This document shows positions 28,505 through 39,884 of a DNA stretch of 64,000 nt, in pieces. Numbering within the stretch: position 1 is the stretch's first letter; each line of letters starts with the position of its first letter. A program made the translations under genes and the position numbers. The DNA comes from a virus (Duplodnaviria > Heunggongvirae > Uroviricota > Caudoviricetes), in IMG/VR virus record IMGVR_UViG_3300042922_001018, one strand, 5' to 3'. Below the pieces are notes generated by a model that ran no database searches, was not told where the DNA came from, and was given only the letters and a program-made list of their open reading frames with translations.

Positions 28505-29044
28505 TCAGTTCAGCCGGTAGAGATAAAGAGTCTGGCCGTCTGCTGCCGCGATTTCGTTCTCCTCGAAATCGTATCCGGCGAGAAGCTGACCGCGACCGTT
28601 CTCCGCGATGAATCGCTTCCCCGCTCCCACTGAGCCACCATCAGCGTGCTCATCGAGCAGACGCGTGAGTTCCTCCAGGTTTTCAGTCCCCTCATCCGCC
28701 GTCTCGTCCAGCTCGGCGAACACCGCCTCGTCCAGACCTGTCTCTTTGGCGAGGTGGGAGTTGGTGAGCGCCCAGATGTTCTTCTGGAACGATTCTTCGG
28801 CCGCAGTCGTGGCCTGTCCATCCGTACCGATAGCGTATTCCTCCTCACCGACCCGGAACGTCGGAAGGTTGTCGTAGTGGACGTAGTCGTCTCCTACCAC
28901 ATCCGCTACGTCCACTTCGAGATGGTCGGCAAGCACAGAGCGGATAGCTTCAGTGTCGGCGATGCTTACCTCCGGTGCTGCGCCGAGCTTCTCAGCGAAC
29001 TTGCCATCGGATGCTCGCGGGTGCTCAGTATTGTCGAAGGTCAT
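28505..29044 (-). CDS. Tagged acidic protein (MTFDNTEHPRASDGKFAEKLGAAPEVSI)
   Basis: Tag plus motif; shares LAKETGLD, GRG..LA.YD.EE and YLYRLN with the previous gene. Confidence 0.9.
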   Translation of the reverse strand: MTFDNTEHPRASDGKFAEKLGAAPEVSIADTEAIRSVLADHLEVDVADVVGDDYVHYDNLPTFRVGEEEYAIGTDGQATTAAEESFQKNIWALTNSHLAKETGLDEAVFAELDETADEGTENLEELTRLLDEHADGGSVGAGKRFIAENGRGQLLAGYDFEENEIAAADGQTLYLYRLN

Positions 29045-29051
29045 GAACCGC

Positions 29052-29060
29052 TGTAGGCGG
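29052..29060 (-). promoter_or_regulatory. CCGCCTACA-N7-ATG motif
   Basis: 7 nt upstream of ATG 29044. Confidence 0.8.
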
Positions 29061-29171
29061 TTGTAGGAACCCTACAACAGAAACCGGCCATCCTTGTACA
29101 CGTCAAACAAGCCCGTGCAGAATAGTGCCAGCAGCGGCACTATTCTGCACGGGCTTGTAGGAACCCTACAA
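29061..29171. repeat. Two copies of the 17-bp palindrome TTGTAGGAACCCTACAA flanking a 23-bp perfect hairpin
   Basis: Copies at 29061-29077 and 29155-29171; hairpin arms at 29107-29129 and 29136-29158. Confidence 0.9.
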
Positions 29172-29177
29172 GGAATC

Positions 29178-29687
29178 TCAGATGAGCTTGTCGGGAACGT
29201 ACAGGAAGACGGGGTCGCTCTCGAAAACGTCAGACGCGTGGAACCCGCCGTACGAGTTCGTGAACATGCAGTCGCCGAACTCTTCAGAGTCCAGGTTCAC
29301 GAAGCCGGGAGCGAACGTGAACGTGGACTCCGGCTCGGACTCGTGCTCGCGGATGTGGACGACCAGACCGATGGTCTGAGGGCCGGACTCGTTGACCATA
29401 GCGACAAGGTCGGGACGCTCAGAGGCCGGGAAGGTCTCGACGACCAGCTCCGGGTTGCGAGCGAGGATGAACTCCTCCGAGAAGACGTTGCCCTTGTCCT
29501 CGGGGTCGTCCACGTAGGCGGACGCCCAGACGGCCGAGTGAATCTCACCGTCGGTGTCGATGTGTCCGGGGATGAGAGTCGCGACGTGCATCATCGGCTC
29601 GTCATACGACTGCGGGTCCGTCAGGTAATCCTCGGGCTGCACGATGAACTTGACGACGGAGCCAGGGTTCGTGGGGAGCTTGTCCAT
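29178..29687 (-). CDS. Hypothetical acidic protein
   Basis: 169-aa ORF with TACCGT -10 and GAGG upstream. Confidence 0.75.
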   Translation of the reverse strand: MDKLPTNPGSVVKFIVQPEDYLTDPQSYDEPMMHVATLIPGHIDTDGEIHSAVWASAYVDDPEDKGNVFSEEFILARNPELVVETFPASERPDLVAMVNESGPQTIGLVVHIREHESEPESTFTFAPGFVNLDSEEFGDCMFTNSYGGFHASDVFESDPVFLYVPDKLI

Positions 29688-29733
29688 ACCTCTACGGTAG
29701 CACCCCGGCTCCGTCGTGTCAAGCGCGTGGTAT

Positions 29734-30465
29734 TCAGCCGAACAGTTGCTCGTCCGTGGTGTAAAGGCGTACGTTGGTCGTGTATGTGCGCTCAGGCGGC
29801 GCCCATCCGCCTTCCGTCTTTCGGTTCCAGGCTTCAGCGATGTTCAGAGCGCCGTGGTAGGCAAGCGAAGCATCGCGTGTCCACTGGCCGTCTGGTGTGT
29901 GCAGAGCACCGTTAGGCGCTTCGATGAACACCTCGACACTCTGTTGTGGAGTTCCTACATTCGCTGTACGCACAGAGTATTCGAAAGGAGGCATCTCGCC
30001 ATTCGATACGGCTTCCTTCACCCGGTTCGTCACGCGCTGTCCCACAACATCAGCTCGCTCCCAGCCGTCGTACAAGGCTCCTACCTGAGTTACGCGGCCG
30101 TCCGCGCGGTCAAGTCGAACGGGCGGCGGCGGAACCGGACGGTCGTTCGAGAACCGGCCCAGAGCGATGCACACGGCCTGATGCATTGGGTCGTTCGGGG
30201 AAAGCTGGGAGCCTTCCTCGTCCACGACGTAAACGGCTTCCGGGGCCGCGCGCACCGCGTATGCCCGGTCGTCGAAAGTGCCGACGAACGAGCCATCACT
30301 ACGCCACATCACCCGGCCGAACAGCTCGTCGATAGTGTCCTCAGGGGCGACGTTGGCCGCAGAAGGCGCGGGCGGGAGAAGCGAAATCTCCGGAGTGGAG
30401 CCATGCTTCTCGGCGAACCGTCCGTCAGTTGCGCGGGGCTGGTTGAAGGAATCCCAGGTACTCAT
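29734..30465 (-). CDS. Tagged protein (NQPRATDGRFAEKHGSTPEISL)
   Basis: Start re-assigned to ATG 30465, 7 nt after CTGCCTACA. Confidence 0.85.
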   Translation of the reverse strand: MSTWDSFNQPRATDGRFAEKHGSTPEISLLPPAPSAANVAPEDTIDELFGRVMWRSDGSFVGTFDDRAYAVRAAPEAVYVVDEEGSQLSPNDPMHQAVCIALGRFSNDRPVPPPPVRLDRADGRVTQVGALYDGWERADVVGQRVTNRVKEAVSNGEMPPFEYSVRTANVGTPQQSVEVFIEAPNGALHTPDGQWTRDASLAYHGALNIAEAWNRKTEGGWAPPERTYTTNVRLYTTDEQLFG

Positions 30466-30472
30466 GTCTTCG

Positions 30473-30481
30473 TGTAGGCAG
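30473..30481 (-). promoter_or_regulatory. CTGCCTACA-N7-ATG motif
   Basis: 7 nt upstream of ATG 30465. Confidence 0.75.
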
Positions 30482-30484
30482 CGG

Positions 30485-31105
30485 TCAATACCAGCCGACA
30501 GACTGGGAATGGTCCCATGCCCCGCAAGGTGTCCCATACCGCGAACCGATGTACCCGAGACCCCACGAAATCTGAGTCGCCGGGTTAGTCTCCCAGTCTG
30601 CGCCCGCACTCGCCATCTTCGACCCTGGAAGAGCCTGGGGAATACCGTGCGCACCAGACGAGCTGTTGTGCGCGTTGATGTTCCAGCCGCTCTCCTTGTT
30701 CCACAACGCTACGAGGCAGCCAAGCTGGTCGCTGTCCCAACCGCGAGCAGCGACCTGCTCGGCAGCGATAGCCTGTGCTCCTTCGGGGTTGGAAGGTGCG
30801 GCCGGGTAGCTGCGAGGAGCGGACCCTCGAACTGGCTGTTTCTCCTCGACGGGCGGCGGGACAGGCTTCGGCTTCTCGATGACGACCACGCTGTACGAAT
30901 AGCGCTCTAGAGAGGTCTGCGCCGCATCCGCCGAGACAGTGAATGTCTGAACATCCGACATCTCGGTCGCGGTGCCGTCAGGAGCTACAGCGGCCCACGC
31001 CGGAGCGAAAGAGAGCGTAGCGACTGCCGCAGCCCCGATGAGACCGAGCGTTAGCGCGCGGGCGCGCCGAAGAACAGATGAACGCATGAGAAGCCGGAAG
31101 ACCAC
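30485..31105 (-). CDS. Secreted lytic transglycosylase-like protein
   Basis: Signal peptide; CLVALWNKESGWN, GIPQALPGSKM, QISWGLGYI..RYGTPCGAW. Confidence 0.9.
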   Translation of the reverse strand: MVFRLLMRSSVLRRARALTLGLIGAAAVATLSFAPAWAAVAPDGTATEMSDVQTFTVSADAAQTSLERYSYSVVVIEKPKPVPPPVEEKQPVRGSAPRSYPAAPSNPEGAQAIAAEQVAARGWDSDQLGCLVALWNKESGWNINAHNSSSGAHGIPQALPGSKMASAGADWETNPATQISWGLGYIGSRYGTPCGAWDHSQSVGWY

Positions 31106-31116
31106 CTACCGGCGAG

Positions 31117-32082
<966 letters not shown>

Positions 32083-32095
32083 TCAAAGGTGGGGG

Positions 32096-33571
32096 TTACT
32101 GCTCGAAAGAGCGACCGTCTACCAGTGTAGCAGGCTCCTCCGGCTTAGGCGTGACCAGTGGGATACGGACACCCTTCCACATGCTCCAGAGCCGCAGAGC
32201 GCCCCACGCAGCGGCAGCAATGCCCAGTCCGAATACCGACCACATGATGATGTCCACCGGCACTTCGCCAGCTCGAACGTAACGTGCGTCAGTCCCCGTG
32301 TTCGGAGCGTAGTAAACGGTCACGGACTCGCCCACCTTCACCGGGCATGCTGTATTCAGTTCGTGAAGCTTCAAGGCGAGCACCTCGAATGACCCGAAGC
32401 CCGTAGCAACTTCGACTGTGGGATGGCAGTAACCGTCCACGTCCATGTTCAGCTCACGGACAACAGCCGCTGCCCGCTGCTCGCCGGATTGGACTGCTCC
32501 CCCGGCAGGAGTCGGGTCGAGAAGCGCGGGGACCGCGAACAACCCGCTGAGGGCTAGGACGAGACCCACCGCGACGGCGATGAGACCAGACCTCGCGCCC
32601 CTCTGCGTCAAGCGTGCGACCCAGGTGCCGCTCTGGAGACTCTTCGCTGCCCGCTCGCGCGGCTGCCTCTCTTCGACGTTCCGTTCGAGCAGCGGTTCAG
32701 TGGAACGCGCCTTCGTCTTCTCGCGCTTGACCCGCTTCGGCTTCCGAGTCGGCTCTTTCACGCCGAGCACAGTATCGAAATCGTCATCGGGTGGTGTGTC
32801 AGCCGTCGGCGTGTCCCATACCGACGTGTCTACGAGAACCGAGTCTTCCATGTCCGGCTTCGGCATCCTGAAAGCGGGAAGCTCTTCTGACGGGAAGGTA
32901 GGCGCCTGCGTCGCAATCGGCTCGCTGACGGTCGGGATTGGCGCCAAGACAGTCGGAAAAGCATCTGTCTCAGTCGGCGTGGGAGGGGCTACAGTCGGGT
33001 ACGTCGGAGCTGCCGTAGGCACCGCTGGAGTCTCAACTACCGGTGCTGCCATACGCGCCGCCTCGTCTGCGAACACCTGGCTAGCGGCAGCGTGGACAGC
33101 CTTCGCATCGTCCGACCATCCCTCGCGCGCCTCTGCGGCGACTTCTGCGAAGGGGCGAGCGCCGGTAACTTCTCGCTCTTCCGGGGTCACCTGGAGAGCG
33201 GCGTAGAGGTCATCTACCGGCGCCGGAGTCTCCGGTTCCGGGCTGTCGAAGACATACGGGTGGGGCATGTCCTGCGGGTCAACCGGCTCTACTAGAGTCC
33301 CGTCCCCGAGCGCGAATCCTCCCTCATCGGCTCCCGCCTCGATTGAGGTCTCAGGCGCCGGAAGATGCGTGGGACGCTCCTGCCGTGCATCCCACAGAGG
33401 TGCTGCCATCGCAACGCCTTCATGCTGACGAGCGCGGAGTTCACGGCGCGACAAAGGCTGCTCCGGCTGTGCGACAGACTTCTCCATCGTCTCGCCGGTC
33501 CAACGCGCGCCATCCCAAAACGCCAGCTTCGAGGGGTCGTCAGGGGAGGGATACCATCCAGGCTGGGGCAT
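32096..33571 (-). CDS. DUF2510 domain membrane protein
   Basis: N-terminal PGWYPSPDD...FWDGARWT; Pro-rich linker; two C-terminal TM helices. Confidence 0.85.
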   Translation of the reverse strand: MPQPGWYPSPDDPSKLAFWDGARWTGETMEKSVAQPEQPLSRRELRARQHEGVAMAAPLWDARQERPTHLPAPETSIEAGADEGGFALGDGTLVEPVDPQDMPHPYVFDSPEPETPAPVDDLYAALQVTPEEREVTGARPFAEVAAEAREGWSDDAKAVHAAASQVFADEAARMAAPVVETPAVPTAAPTYPTVAPPTPTETDAFPTVLAPIPTVSEPIATQAPTFPSEELPAFRMPKPDMEDSVLVDTSVWDTPTADTPPDDDFDTVLGVKEPTRKPKRVKREKTKARSTEPLLERNVEERQPRERAAKSLQSGTWVARLTQRGARSGLIAVAVGLVLALSGLFAVPALLDPTPAGGAVQSGEQRAAAVVRELNMDVDGYCHPTVEVATGFGSFEVLALKLHELNTACPVKVGESVTVYYAPNTGTDARYVRAGEVPVDIIMWSVFGLGIAAAAWGALRLWSMWKGVRIPLVTPKPEEPATLVDGRSFEQ

Positions 33572-33596
33572 GAGACATATCTTAGCCTATCGGTGA

Positions 33597-34406
33597 CTAC
33601 TCGACGGAACTCTCCTGCTCGCGCTCACGCGCTTCCTGGGCCGTCTTCCGCTTGCGTAGACCCAAAACGAGTAGCACGCTGCCGCCCGCAATGACGCCCA
33701 GCTTCATGAGAAGTTGGAAGACGCCGCCGATAGCAAGAAGGACACCAGCCCCAACGAAGACCCACCGGAACAAGTCAATCATACCCGCGGCGGACTGCTT
33801 CATTTCATCGGCGGAAGCCGTGGACAGTCGCACCGAAGAAGGGAACCCTGGCGCGTAGTAAACCCCGACCGTTTCGCCGACGGCAAACTCGCACGGTTGG
33901 CTTTTCACAGGCAAGGGCAGAGAAACAATCGTCTCCTCCACAGAAACGTTCGGCTGGCAGTATCCATCCGTGTCGTAACTCATCTCAACAATCTGAACCT
34001 GAGTCTCACGCTCATTCGCTCGTTTCTCGGCTACGTCCATAGCAGAAGCGAACATGCCTGTGATGTTCCATCCGATGAGCGCGAAGACGATACCGAAGAT
34101 GATGCTAGTGATAGCCGACCCGATACCCGGTCGTCGGCCGATGCCTACAACACCGTCAGCGATAGCGGCACCGCCTGCCACTGCCATTGCAGTGCCCTGG
34201 TTCTTCTCATCCGCAGCGAACTCTTTCGCTCGACCGATTAGGCCGTCGATAAGTCCTTCGCCCCCACCAGAGTTCCATACCGAACCCGGCTGCGGCATGG
34301 GGACAGATTGGGGTGCAGCGACAGGAGAACCAACCCACTGCACACCGTCGTAATACATCAGCTTCGTTGGGTCAGACGGGAGTGGGTACCAACCGGCTTC
34401 GGCCAT
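33597..34406 (-). CDS. DUF2510 domain membrane protein
   Basis: AGWYPLPSD...YYDGVQW; shares D.DGYC.P.V and VGE.V.VYYAP with its neighbour. Confidence 0.85.
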   Translation of the reverse strand: MAEAGWYPLPSDPTKLMYYDGVQWVGSPVAAPQSVPMPQPGSVWNSGGGEGLIDGLIGRAKEFAADEKNQGTAMAVAGGAAIADGVVGIGRRPGIGSAITSIIFGIVFALIGWNITGMFASAMDVAEKRANERETQVQIVEMSYDTDGYCQPNVSVEETIVSLPLPVKSQPCEFAVGETVGVYYAPGFPSSVRLSTASADEMKQSAAGMIDLFRWVFVGAGVLLAIGGVFQLLMKLGVIAGGSVLLVLGLRKRKTAQEAREREQESSVE

Positions 34407-34509
34407 GCTAATCCTTTGTTCGCGAGCGTTCCCGCCCAGGGACTATCGTACCGGATACGGCGTCCGCGCTTGATTTGCTTTCTGGGAGTAACCTGTATAC
34501 ACTGAGGCT

Positions 34510-35412
34510 ATGCTCAGATTACTCGCTGCCATCGCGTGCTCCTTCGTGACCGTCCTGGTCCTCGGAGTCACGGCACCGCTGCCCATCAACCCCGAGACCA
34601 ACATCGTCGTGGCCGACCCGTACCTCGCCGCTGAAGAAGAAATTCAGACCTACTTCGACGCAGCGCAGGATGGATTCGCTGCGTCGGTGCAGACCGAACT
34701 CGCGAAGCTCGACGGAGACAAGGGAAAAGCGAACACCGCCGTTATCGACGAGCTGGCTGCCAATGCGAGAACGGCTGCCGATGCAGCGGAGCCTTTCGGC
34801 CCGTTCGACCACATGTATATGACTACTGTGGCGCACCCCATGAACTCGGCTCCATCCATCGTCGAGCAGAAAGCCGCCATCGACGCGAAGGTCGATGAAG
34901 CACTGAAGCCGGTCGTTGATGCGGTCGCCGCATGGCAGACGGAAGTTGCCGCCGAGAACGAGCGTATCCGTGCCGCGGAGGCGGAGACCGCTCGCGTAGC
35001 TGCGGAGGCAGAAGCAGCCCGAGTTGCCGCAGCTCAGCGCGCAACGTCTTCACCGAGTCCTTCCGGCCGCTCCGGAGGAACGAGTCAGTCCACTGCTCCA
35101 GCACCGCAGGCATCTGGTGGCGAGTCGGCAGACGCACGCATCCAGCGTCTCATGGGGCGTGCCGGGGTTTCCTTCAGCTACGCCATCGCTGACTGCGGTA
35201 TCGCGAATGCTCTCGGCTGCTACAACAGCAACGGCATGATTTACTTCACGCAGCGTGGTCTCCGCGACGACTGCACCATCATGCGCGTCATCACCCACGA
35301 GTACCGTCACCTTCAGCAGCACCGCCAGGGTCTCATCCAGGTGGACGCTAACGGCCAGGTCACGAACCGTGACTGGCTCGAAGCGGACGCGAACGCCCAT
35401 ACCTACTGCTAG
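34510..35412 (+). CDS. Secreted coiled-coil protein with a C-terminal HExxH domain
   Basis: Signal peptide, coiled coil, ITHEYRH...LEADA. Confidence 0.8.
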   Translation: MLRLLAAIACSFVTVLVLGVTAPLPINPETNIVVADPYLAAEEEIQTYFDAAQDGFAASVQTELAKLDGDKGKANTAVIDELAANARTAADAAEPFGPFDHMYMTTVAHPMNSAPSIVEQKAAIDAKVDEALKPVVDAVAAWQTEVAAENERIRAAEAETARVAAEAEAARVAAAQRATSSPSPSGRSGGTSQSTAPAPQASGGESADARIQRLMGRAGVSFSYAIADCGIANALGCYNSNGMIYFTQRGLRDDCTIMRVITHEYRHLQQHRQGLIQVDANGQVTNRDWLEADANAHTYC

Positions 35413-35419
35413 GAGTGAG

Positions 35420-36241
35420 TCAGGGGAGCGCTGCCGAGGACAAGTTGACCTCCGGCGGCGCTCCCGTTTTCGGGGCGAACGAACCAGACGTAGAAGCGGC
35501 CGTAGTCTTACGACGCTCAGATGCCTTCACGGCGGATGCGGTCGCCGACTTCTTCGGAGCGGGAATCTTCACCCTGTCGATGAACTCCAGTTCTGATGCA
35601 GCACGCGTCGTCGCATCAGAAGCGCGGGTGCTAGGGCGACCCCAACTGAGCCGTGACTCCCGCTGCGCCTGCTCACGCGCTTCTTCTACACGCTTGGCGC
35701 CCTGGTCGATGACCTTCTGGCGGCACTCCCGCGCGTACTCCGCTAGTTCGGGGCGACGTTTCAGAACCTCAGCGACATCCTTCCTCTCTGCCGCGTCATG
35801 CGTAGCAGAGAACGTCGATACCTTCAGCGTCTTAGAATCGTAAGGGCGCTGCGTGAAGTAGAACCGGGAGATTGTCGCGCGGTCCTTGTAGTCGGCGATT
35901 GCCGCCGCAGACACACCACGGGCATACCCTCCGCCAGCGGCACAGGCGACAGCCATCTCATCGAATCGCGGAGCGATAGGCGCCTCGTCCGCCCATGCGC
36001 TCGAACCGAACGGATACGTGGACTGACCGCCGGGATTGGCACCGTTCCATGCCCGCTCCGCTTCCTCTTCGGTAGCGTGTCCTACCGAGACCCAGTTGAA
36101 GCTGTCCTGGTCGTACTCGACATCCCATTCATCGTCGTAGTCCTCATCGCTGGGGTCACCCGTCGAATAGAACGAGTAGAACCCTCGGCCCCACGTACCG
36201 TCCTCGGACTGCCATACGACGTTCTCGCGATTCTTGGACAT
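35420..36241 (-). CDS. Protein carrying the shared tag at its C-terminus (GSFAPKTGAPPEVNL)
   Basis: Start MSKNREN lies 7 nt after CCGCCTACA. Confidence 0.85.
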   Translation of the reverse strand: MSKNRENVVWQSEDGTWGRGFYSFYSTGDPSDEDYDDEWDVEYDQDSFNWVSVGHATEEEAERAWNGANPGGQSTYPFGSSAWADEAPIAPRFDEMAVACAAGGGYARGVSAAAIADYKDRATISRFYFTQRPYDSKTLKVSTFSATHDAAERKDVAEVLKRRPELAEYARECRQKVIDQGAKRVEEAREQAQRESRLSWGRPSTRASDATTRAASELEFIDRVKIPAPKKSATASAVKASERRKTTAASTSGSFAPKTGAPPEVNLSSAALP

Positions 36242-36248
36242 ACCTGCT

Positions 36249-36257
36249 TGTAGGCGG
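36249..36257 (-). promoter_or_regulatory. CCGCCTACA-N7-ATG motif
   Basis: 7 nt upstream of ATG 36241. Confidence 0.8.
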
Positions 36258-36310
36258 AATGACGAAGGCCCACACACCAGAACAGTGTGCGGGCCTTCGT
36301 CATTCGATGC

Positions 36311-38473
36311 TCAGAGCGTGCAGGAGACGCACTCCGAAACGTCGGTGCCTTCCAGAGCCATCTGGCGCAGGCGGATGTAGTAGATGGTCTTGATGCCCTT
36401 CTTCCACGCGTAAATCTGTGCGCGGTTGATGTCACGGGTCGTAGCCGTGTCCTTGAAGAACAGCGTCAGCGAGAGACCCTGGTCCACGTGCTCGGTCGCC
36501 GCCGCGTACACGTCGATGACCTTCTCGTATCCCAGCTCGTACGCGTCCTCGAAGAACTCCAGGTTCGTGTTGTCCATGCCCGGCGCCGGGTAGTAGACAC
36601 GACCCAGCTTGCCTTCCTTGCGAATCTCCACCTTCGAGGTGATGGGGTGAATCGAGGAGGTGGAGCCGTTGATGTACGAGATGGAACCCGTCGGCGGGAC
36701 GGCCTGGAGGTAGGCGTTGTAGATGCCGTGCTCCATGACCGAGTCCTTCAGGGCCACCCAGTCAGCCTTCGACGGCAGCTTGACACCGTGCTTCTTGAAG
36801 ACTGCCTTCGCCTCGTCCGTCTTCGGCGCCCACGAGCGAGTCGTGTACTTGTCGAAGAACGTACCGTCCGCGTACTGCGACTTCTCGAACTCGAAGAACT
36901 TGACCCCGCGCTCGATGGCCAGCTTGTTCGAAGCCTTGATGGCATAGAACGCGATGGCCGCGAAGTACGAGGACACGAAGTCGATGGACTCCGGGGAGCC
37001 GTAGTGGATGCGCTCGCGTCCGAGGAAGCCGTGCAGGTTCATCTGGCCGAGGCCGATGGCGTGGCTTGCCTCGTTGCCCTTCGCGATGGAAGGTACCGAC
37101 TCGATGTCCGACATGTCGGACACTGCCGTGAGAGCGCGGACCGACGTGTCCACGACCTTCTCCAGGTCACCGAAGTCCATCGCCGCGGCGATGTTCAGCG
37201 AGCCGAGGTTGCAGGAGATGTCCCGGCCGATGTGCTGGTAGCCGAGGTTCTGGCGGTACGTCGAAGCGGTCGAGACCTGAAGAATCTCCGAGCAGAGGTT
37301 CGACTGGATGACACGGCCCGCGATGGGGTTCGCGTTGTTGACGGTGTCCTCGAACATGATGTACGGGTAGCCCGACTCGAACTGAAGCTCCGCGAGAGTC
37401 TGGAAGAAGCCGCGCGCCTTGCCACGGAACTTCGTCTTCTTGATGCGGTTGTCGTCCACCATCTCGCGGTACTTCTCGGTCACCGAGATTTCCGAGAACG
37501 GCTTGTTGTAGACCTTCTCCACGTCGTACGGCGAGAAGAGGTACATCTCCTCGTCGTTCTTCGCCAGCTCGAACGCGATGTCCGGAACGACGACGCCGAG
37601 CGACAGCGTCTTGATGCGGATTTTCTCGTCCGCGTTCTCACGCTTCGTGTCGAGGAAGCGCTCGATGTCCGGGTGGTTCGCGTGCAGGTAGACCGCGCCC
37701 GCACCCTGACGCGCACCGAGCTGGTTCGCGTAGCTGAAGCTGTCTTCGAACAGCTTCATGACGGGGACAACGCCGGAAGACTGGTTCTCAATCTTCTTGA
37801 TGGGGGCGCCCGCCTCGCGGAGGTTGGTGAGCGCGAACGCGACACCGCCGCCACGCTTCGAGAGCTGGAGCGCCGCGTTGATGGAACGCGAGATGGACTC
37901 CATGTTGTCTTCCATGCGCAGCAGGAAGCAGGAGACCAGCTCACCGCGCTGCGCCTTGCCCGCGTTCAGGAACGTCGGGGTCGCGGGCTGGTAGGCGCCG
38001 GAGACCATGATGTCAGCGATGCTCTCGGCGAGTTCCTGGTTGCCCTCAGCGAGGTACAGAGCGGCGACCGCGATGCGGTCCTCGTAGCGCTCCAGGTAGG
38101 CTTCGCCGTCGAACGTCTTCAGCGCGTAGCTCGTGTAGAACTTGAACGCGCCGAGGAACGTGGAGAACCGAGGCTTCGCGGCGTAGACGCGCTTGTACAG
38201 GCTCTTGACGAACTCGAACGGGTACTGGTCGAAGACCGCCCGCTCGTAGTAGTCGTTGTCGAAGAGGTAGTTGAGCTTCTCCTCCAGCGAGTACGTGGTG
38301 TACAGCTTGCGGTTGACGTGCTGAAGGAAATACTGGCGGGCAGCTTCCTTGTCCTTCGCGAACTGAATCTTCCCGTCCGTGCCCCAGAGGTTCAGCATCG
38401 CGTTCAGCTCATGGAACGACTGCTCCGAAACGCGCATTGACTCTTGGGTCGGCACCTGGGTAGAGGTGGTCAT
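36311..38473 (-). CDS. nrdE: Class Ib ribonucleotide reductase alpha subunit
   Basis: [38 protein letters not shown]-terminal CVSC; GAAAGGA SD. Confidence 0.98.
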   Translation of the reverse strand: MTTSTQVPTQESMRVSEQSFHELNAMLNLWGTDGKIQFAKDKEAARQYFLQHVNRKLYTTYSLEEKLNYLFDNDYYERAVFDQYPFEFVKSLYKRVYAAKPRFSTFLGAFKFYTSYALKTFDGEAYLERYEDRIAVAALYLAEGNQELAESIADIMVSGAYQPATPTFLNAGKAQRGELVSCFLLRMEDNMESISRSINAALQLSKRGGGVAFALTNLREAGAPIKKIENQSSGVVPVMKLFEDSFSYANQLGARQGAGAVYLHANHPDIERFLDTKRENADEKIRIKTLSLGVVVPDIAFELAKNDEEMYLFSPYDVEKVYNKPFSEISVTEKYREMVDDNRIKKTKFRGKARGFFQTLAELQFESGYPYIMFEDTVNNANPIAGRVIQSNLCSEILQVSTASTYRQNLGYQHIGRDISCNLGSLNIAAAMDFGDLEKVVDTSVRALTAVSDMSDIESVPSIAKGNEASHAIGLGQMNLHGFLGRERIHYGSPESIDFVSSYFAAIAFYAIKASNKLAIERGVKFFEFEKSQYADGTFFDKYTTRSWAPKTDEAKAVFKKHGVKLPSKADWVALKDSVMEHGIYNAYLQAVPPTGSISYINGSTSSIHPITSKVEIRKEGKLGRVYYPAPGMDNTNLEFFEDAYELGYEKVIDVYAAATEHVDQGLSLTLFFKDTATTRDINRAQIYAWKKGIKTIYYIRLRQMALEGTDVSECVSCTL

Positions 38474-38493
38474 GGTGTCCTTTCTCGTGCTCA

Positions 38494-39177
38494 TCACACT
38501 GTCTTCTTCGTGGTTGTCCGACGTTTGGCCGTCGAGGTCTGGGTTTGTCCGTCCGGCCCGTCAGGAGCCTGGAGAGGCGACACTGTCACTACCCCGGAGA
38601 CGAGAATCCCGTGAGAATCATGGTCTCCTGACGCTACGAAGTAACTCGGAGCGGTGAGTACCTGTAGGCGGCTGTCCGTCTTCTTCGGAACGTACGGCGC
38701 GACCTTCATCACAAGTTCAATCCACCGCAAGCGAGGCTTCGGTGGAGCACTATTCTCGTCTTCGTCTACCCTACCACTGACCTCGCCAGAGCCGAACTCA
38801 GGTGCCCAGAAAAGCCCGTCATTCCACCGAAGTTGGCCAGCAGGAACCCATCCAGCGGCGTGACCGGCACCTTTGAGGTCCAACCCGGTGCCCACTATCC
38901 GTGGGTCTGGGTCGGGCACCTTGACAACGCCGGATACTGCAACAGGCATCGTAGCGGGAAGCAGATAGGTCGCGCGATTGGTGGTGACCGCAACGATGTC
39001 CGACTCCACCTCCTGCACGGAATACTGCTCACACTCCGCCGGACCGTCCTCATCGAAAGATAGCACCGGCTGCCCGCCCAACTCGTCAATGAGAACTGGG
39101 GTACCGATTGACTGCCGAGTCAGCCCCATCTCCTCCGACTCTTCTTCAGCTACCGGCACGAGAGCGTAGTGAGACAT
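38494..39177 (-). CDS. Hypothetical protein between nrdI and nrdE
   Basis: 227-aa ORF coupled to nrdI. Confidence 0.7.
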   Translation of the reverse strand: MSHYALVPVAEEESEEMGLTRQSIGTPVLIDELGGQPVLSFDEDGPAECEQYSVQEVESDIVAVTTNRATYLLPATMPVAVSGVVKVPDPDPRIVGTGLDLKGAGHAAGWVPAGQLRWNDGLFWAPEFGSGEVSGRVDEDENSAPPKPRLRWIELVMKVAPYVPKKTDSRLQVLTAPSYFVASGDHDSHGILVSGVVTVSPLQAPDGPDGQTQTSTAKRRTTTKKTV

Positions 39178-39578
39178 CAGGCTCCTTCATCCAAGCCGAT
39201 AGACGCGAGGAACCGAGCAAGCCCCTGGCGGACATTCGCCACGTCTTCAGGGGTGCCCATCAGCTCGAACTTGTAGAGCAAGGGAACGCCGTACCGCATC
39301 GAAATGCTCTTCGCTGCCTTGCAATAGTCCTCGCCGAAGTTCGTGTTCCCCGCACCGATGACACCACGAATGAGCGAGGCGTTAGCTCCCGTGTCGAGGA
39401 ATCTCTCTACCTGCTTCGGCAGCTCCCCTCCACCGTACGAGGGAGTGACCAGGACGTACTGCTCAGCCATCTCCGGCTGGGTACCACGAAGGGCGACGGC
39501 GGTTGATGGCAGACCGACTTTCTCCATGAAGCGCTTGGTGTTCTCCGAAGCGCTGGAGAAGTAGACGACGGTGGGCAT
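39177..39578 (-). CDS. nrdI: NrdI flavodoxin
   Basis: YFSSASENTKRF, VTPSYGGG, GNTNFG..YC.A, FELMGT. Confidence 0.96.
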   Translation of the reverse strand: MPTVVYFSSASENTKRFMEKVGLPSTAVALRGTQPEMAEQYVLVTPSYGGGELPKQVERFLDTGANASLIRGVIGAGNTNFGEDYCKAAKSISMRYGVPLLYKFELMGTPEDVANVRQGLARFLASIGLDEGA

Positions 39579-39614
39579 GAGGACTAGCCTACCACCGGCT
39601 ACGTAGAACAGGGG

Positions 39615-39866
39615 TCAGACGACGACAACCTGCGGAGAGATGAGTGAACGAAGTTCGTCGAGGAGGTTGTCCACGACGCTCAGGAGGTCCATCTCCCGAT
39701 ACTGCGCCCCGTAGTCGGCGGGCACATCTCGATAGTCGGACATGTAGTCGGCGAGTCGAGAGTCGTCATCGAAGATGACCGTCATGTTGTTCGACTCGTC
39801 CACCACTGTGTACATGCCCAGTTCAATCTCGGGCGCGCTGCTCACGCTGATGCTCATGTCTCCCAT
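39615..39866 (-). CDS. Small acidic hypothetical protein
   Basis: 83-aa ORF filling the gap. Confidence 0.6.
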   Translation of the reverse strand: MGDMSISVSSAPEIELGMYTVVDESNNMTVIFDDDSRLADYMSDYRDVPADYGAQYREMDLLSVVDNLLDELRSLISPQVVVV

Positions 39867-39884
39867 GATACCGGCGACCTTCCG

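Noticed and set aside
36287-38440. Long plus-strand ORFs (e.g. 36287-38440, 47037-48944, 11372-12874, 19745-21112)
   Set aside because: They are antisense shadows of well-supported minus-strand genes in high-GC DNA, are Arg/Val-rich, and show no motifs.
38663-38671. Exact CCGCCTACA inside the nrdI-nrdE intervening ORF
   Set aside because: There is no start codon at the 7-8 nt spacing and it lies inside a CDS. It could be chance or an internal nrdE promoter, so it was not counted in the regulon.
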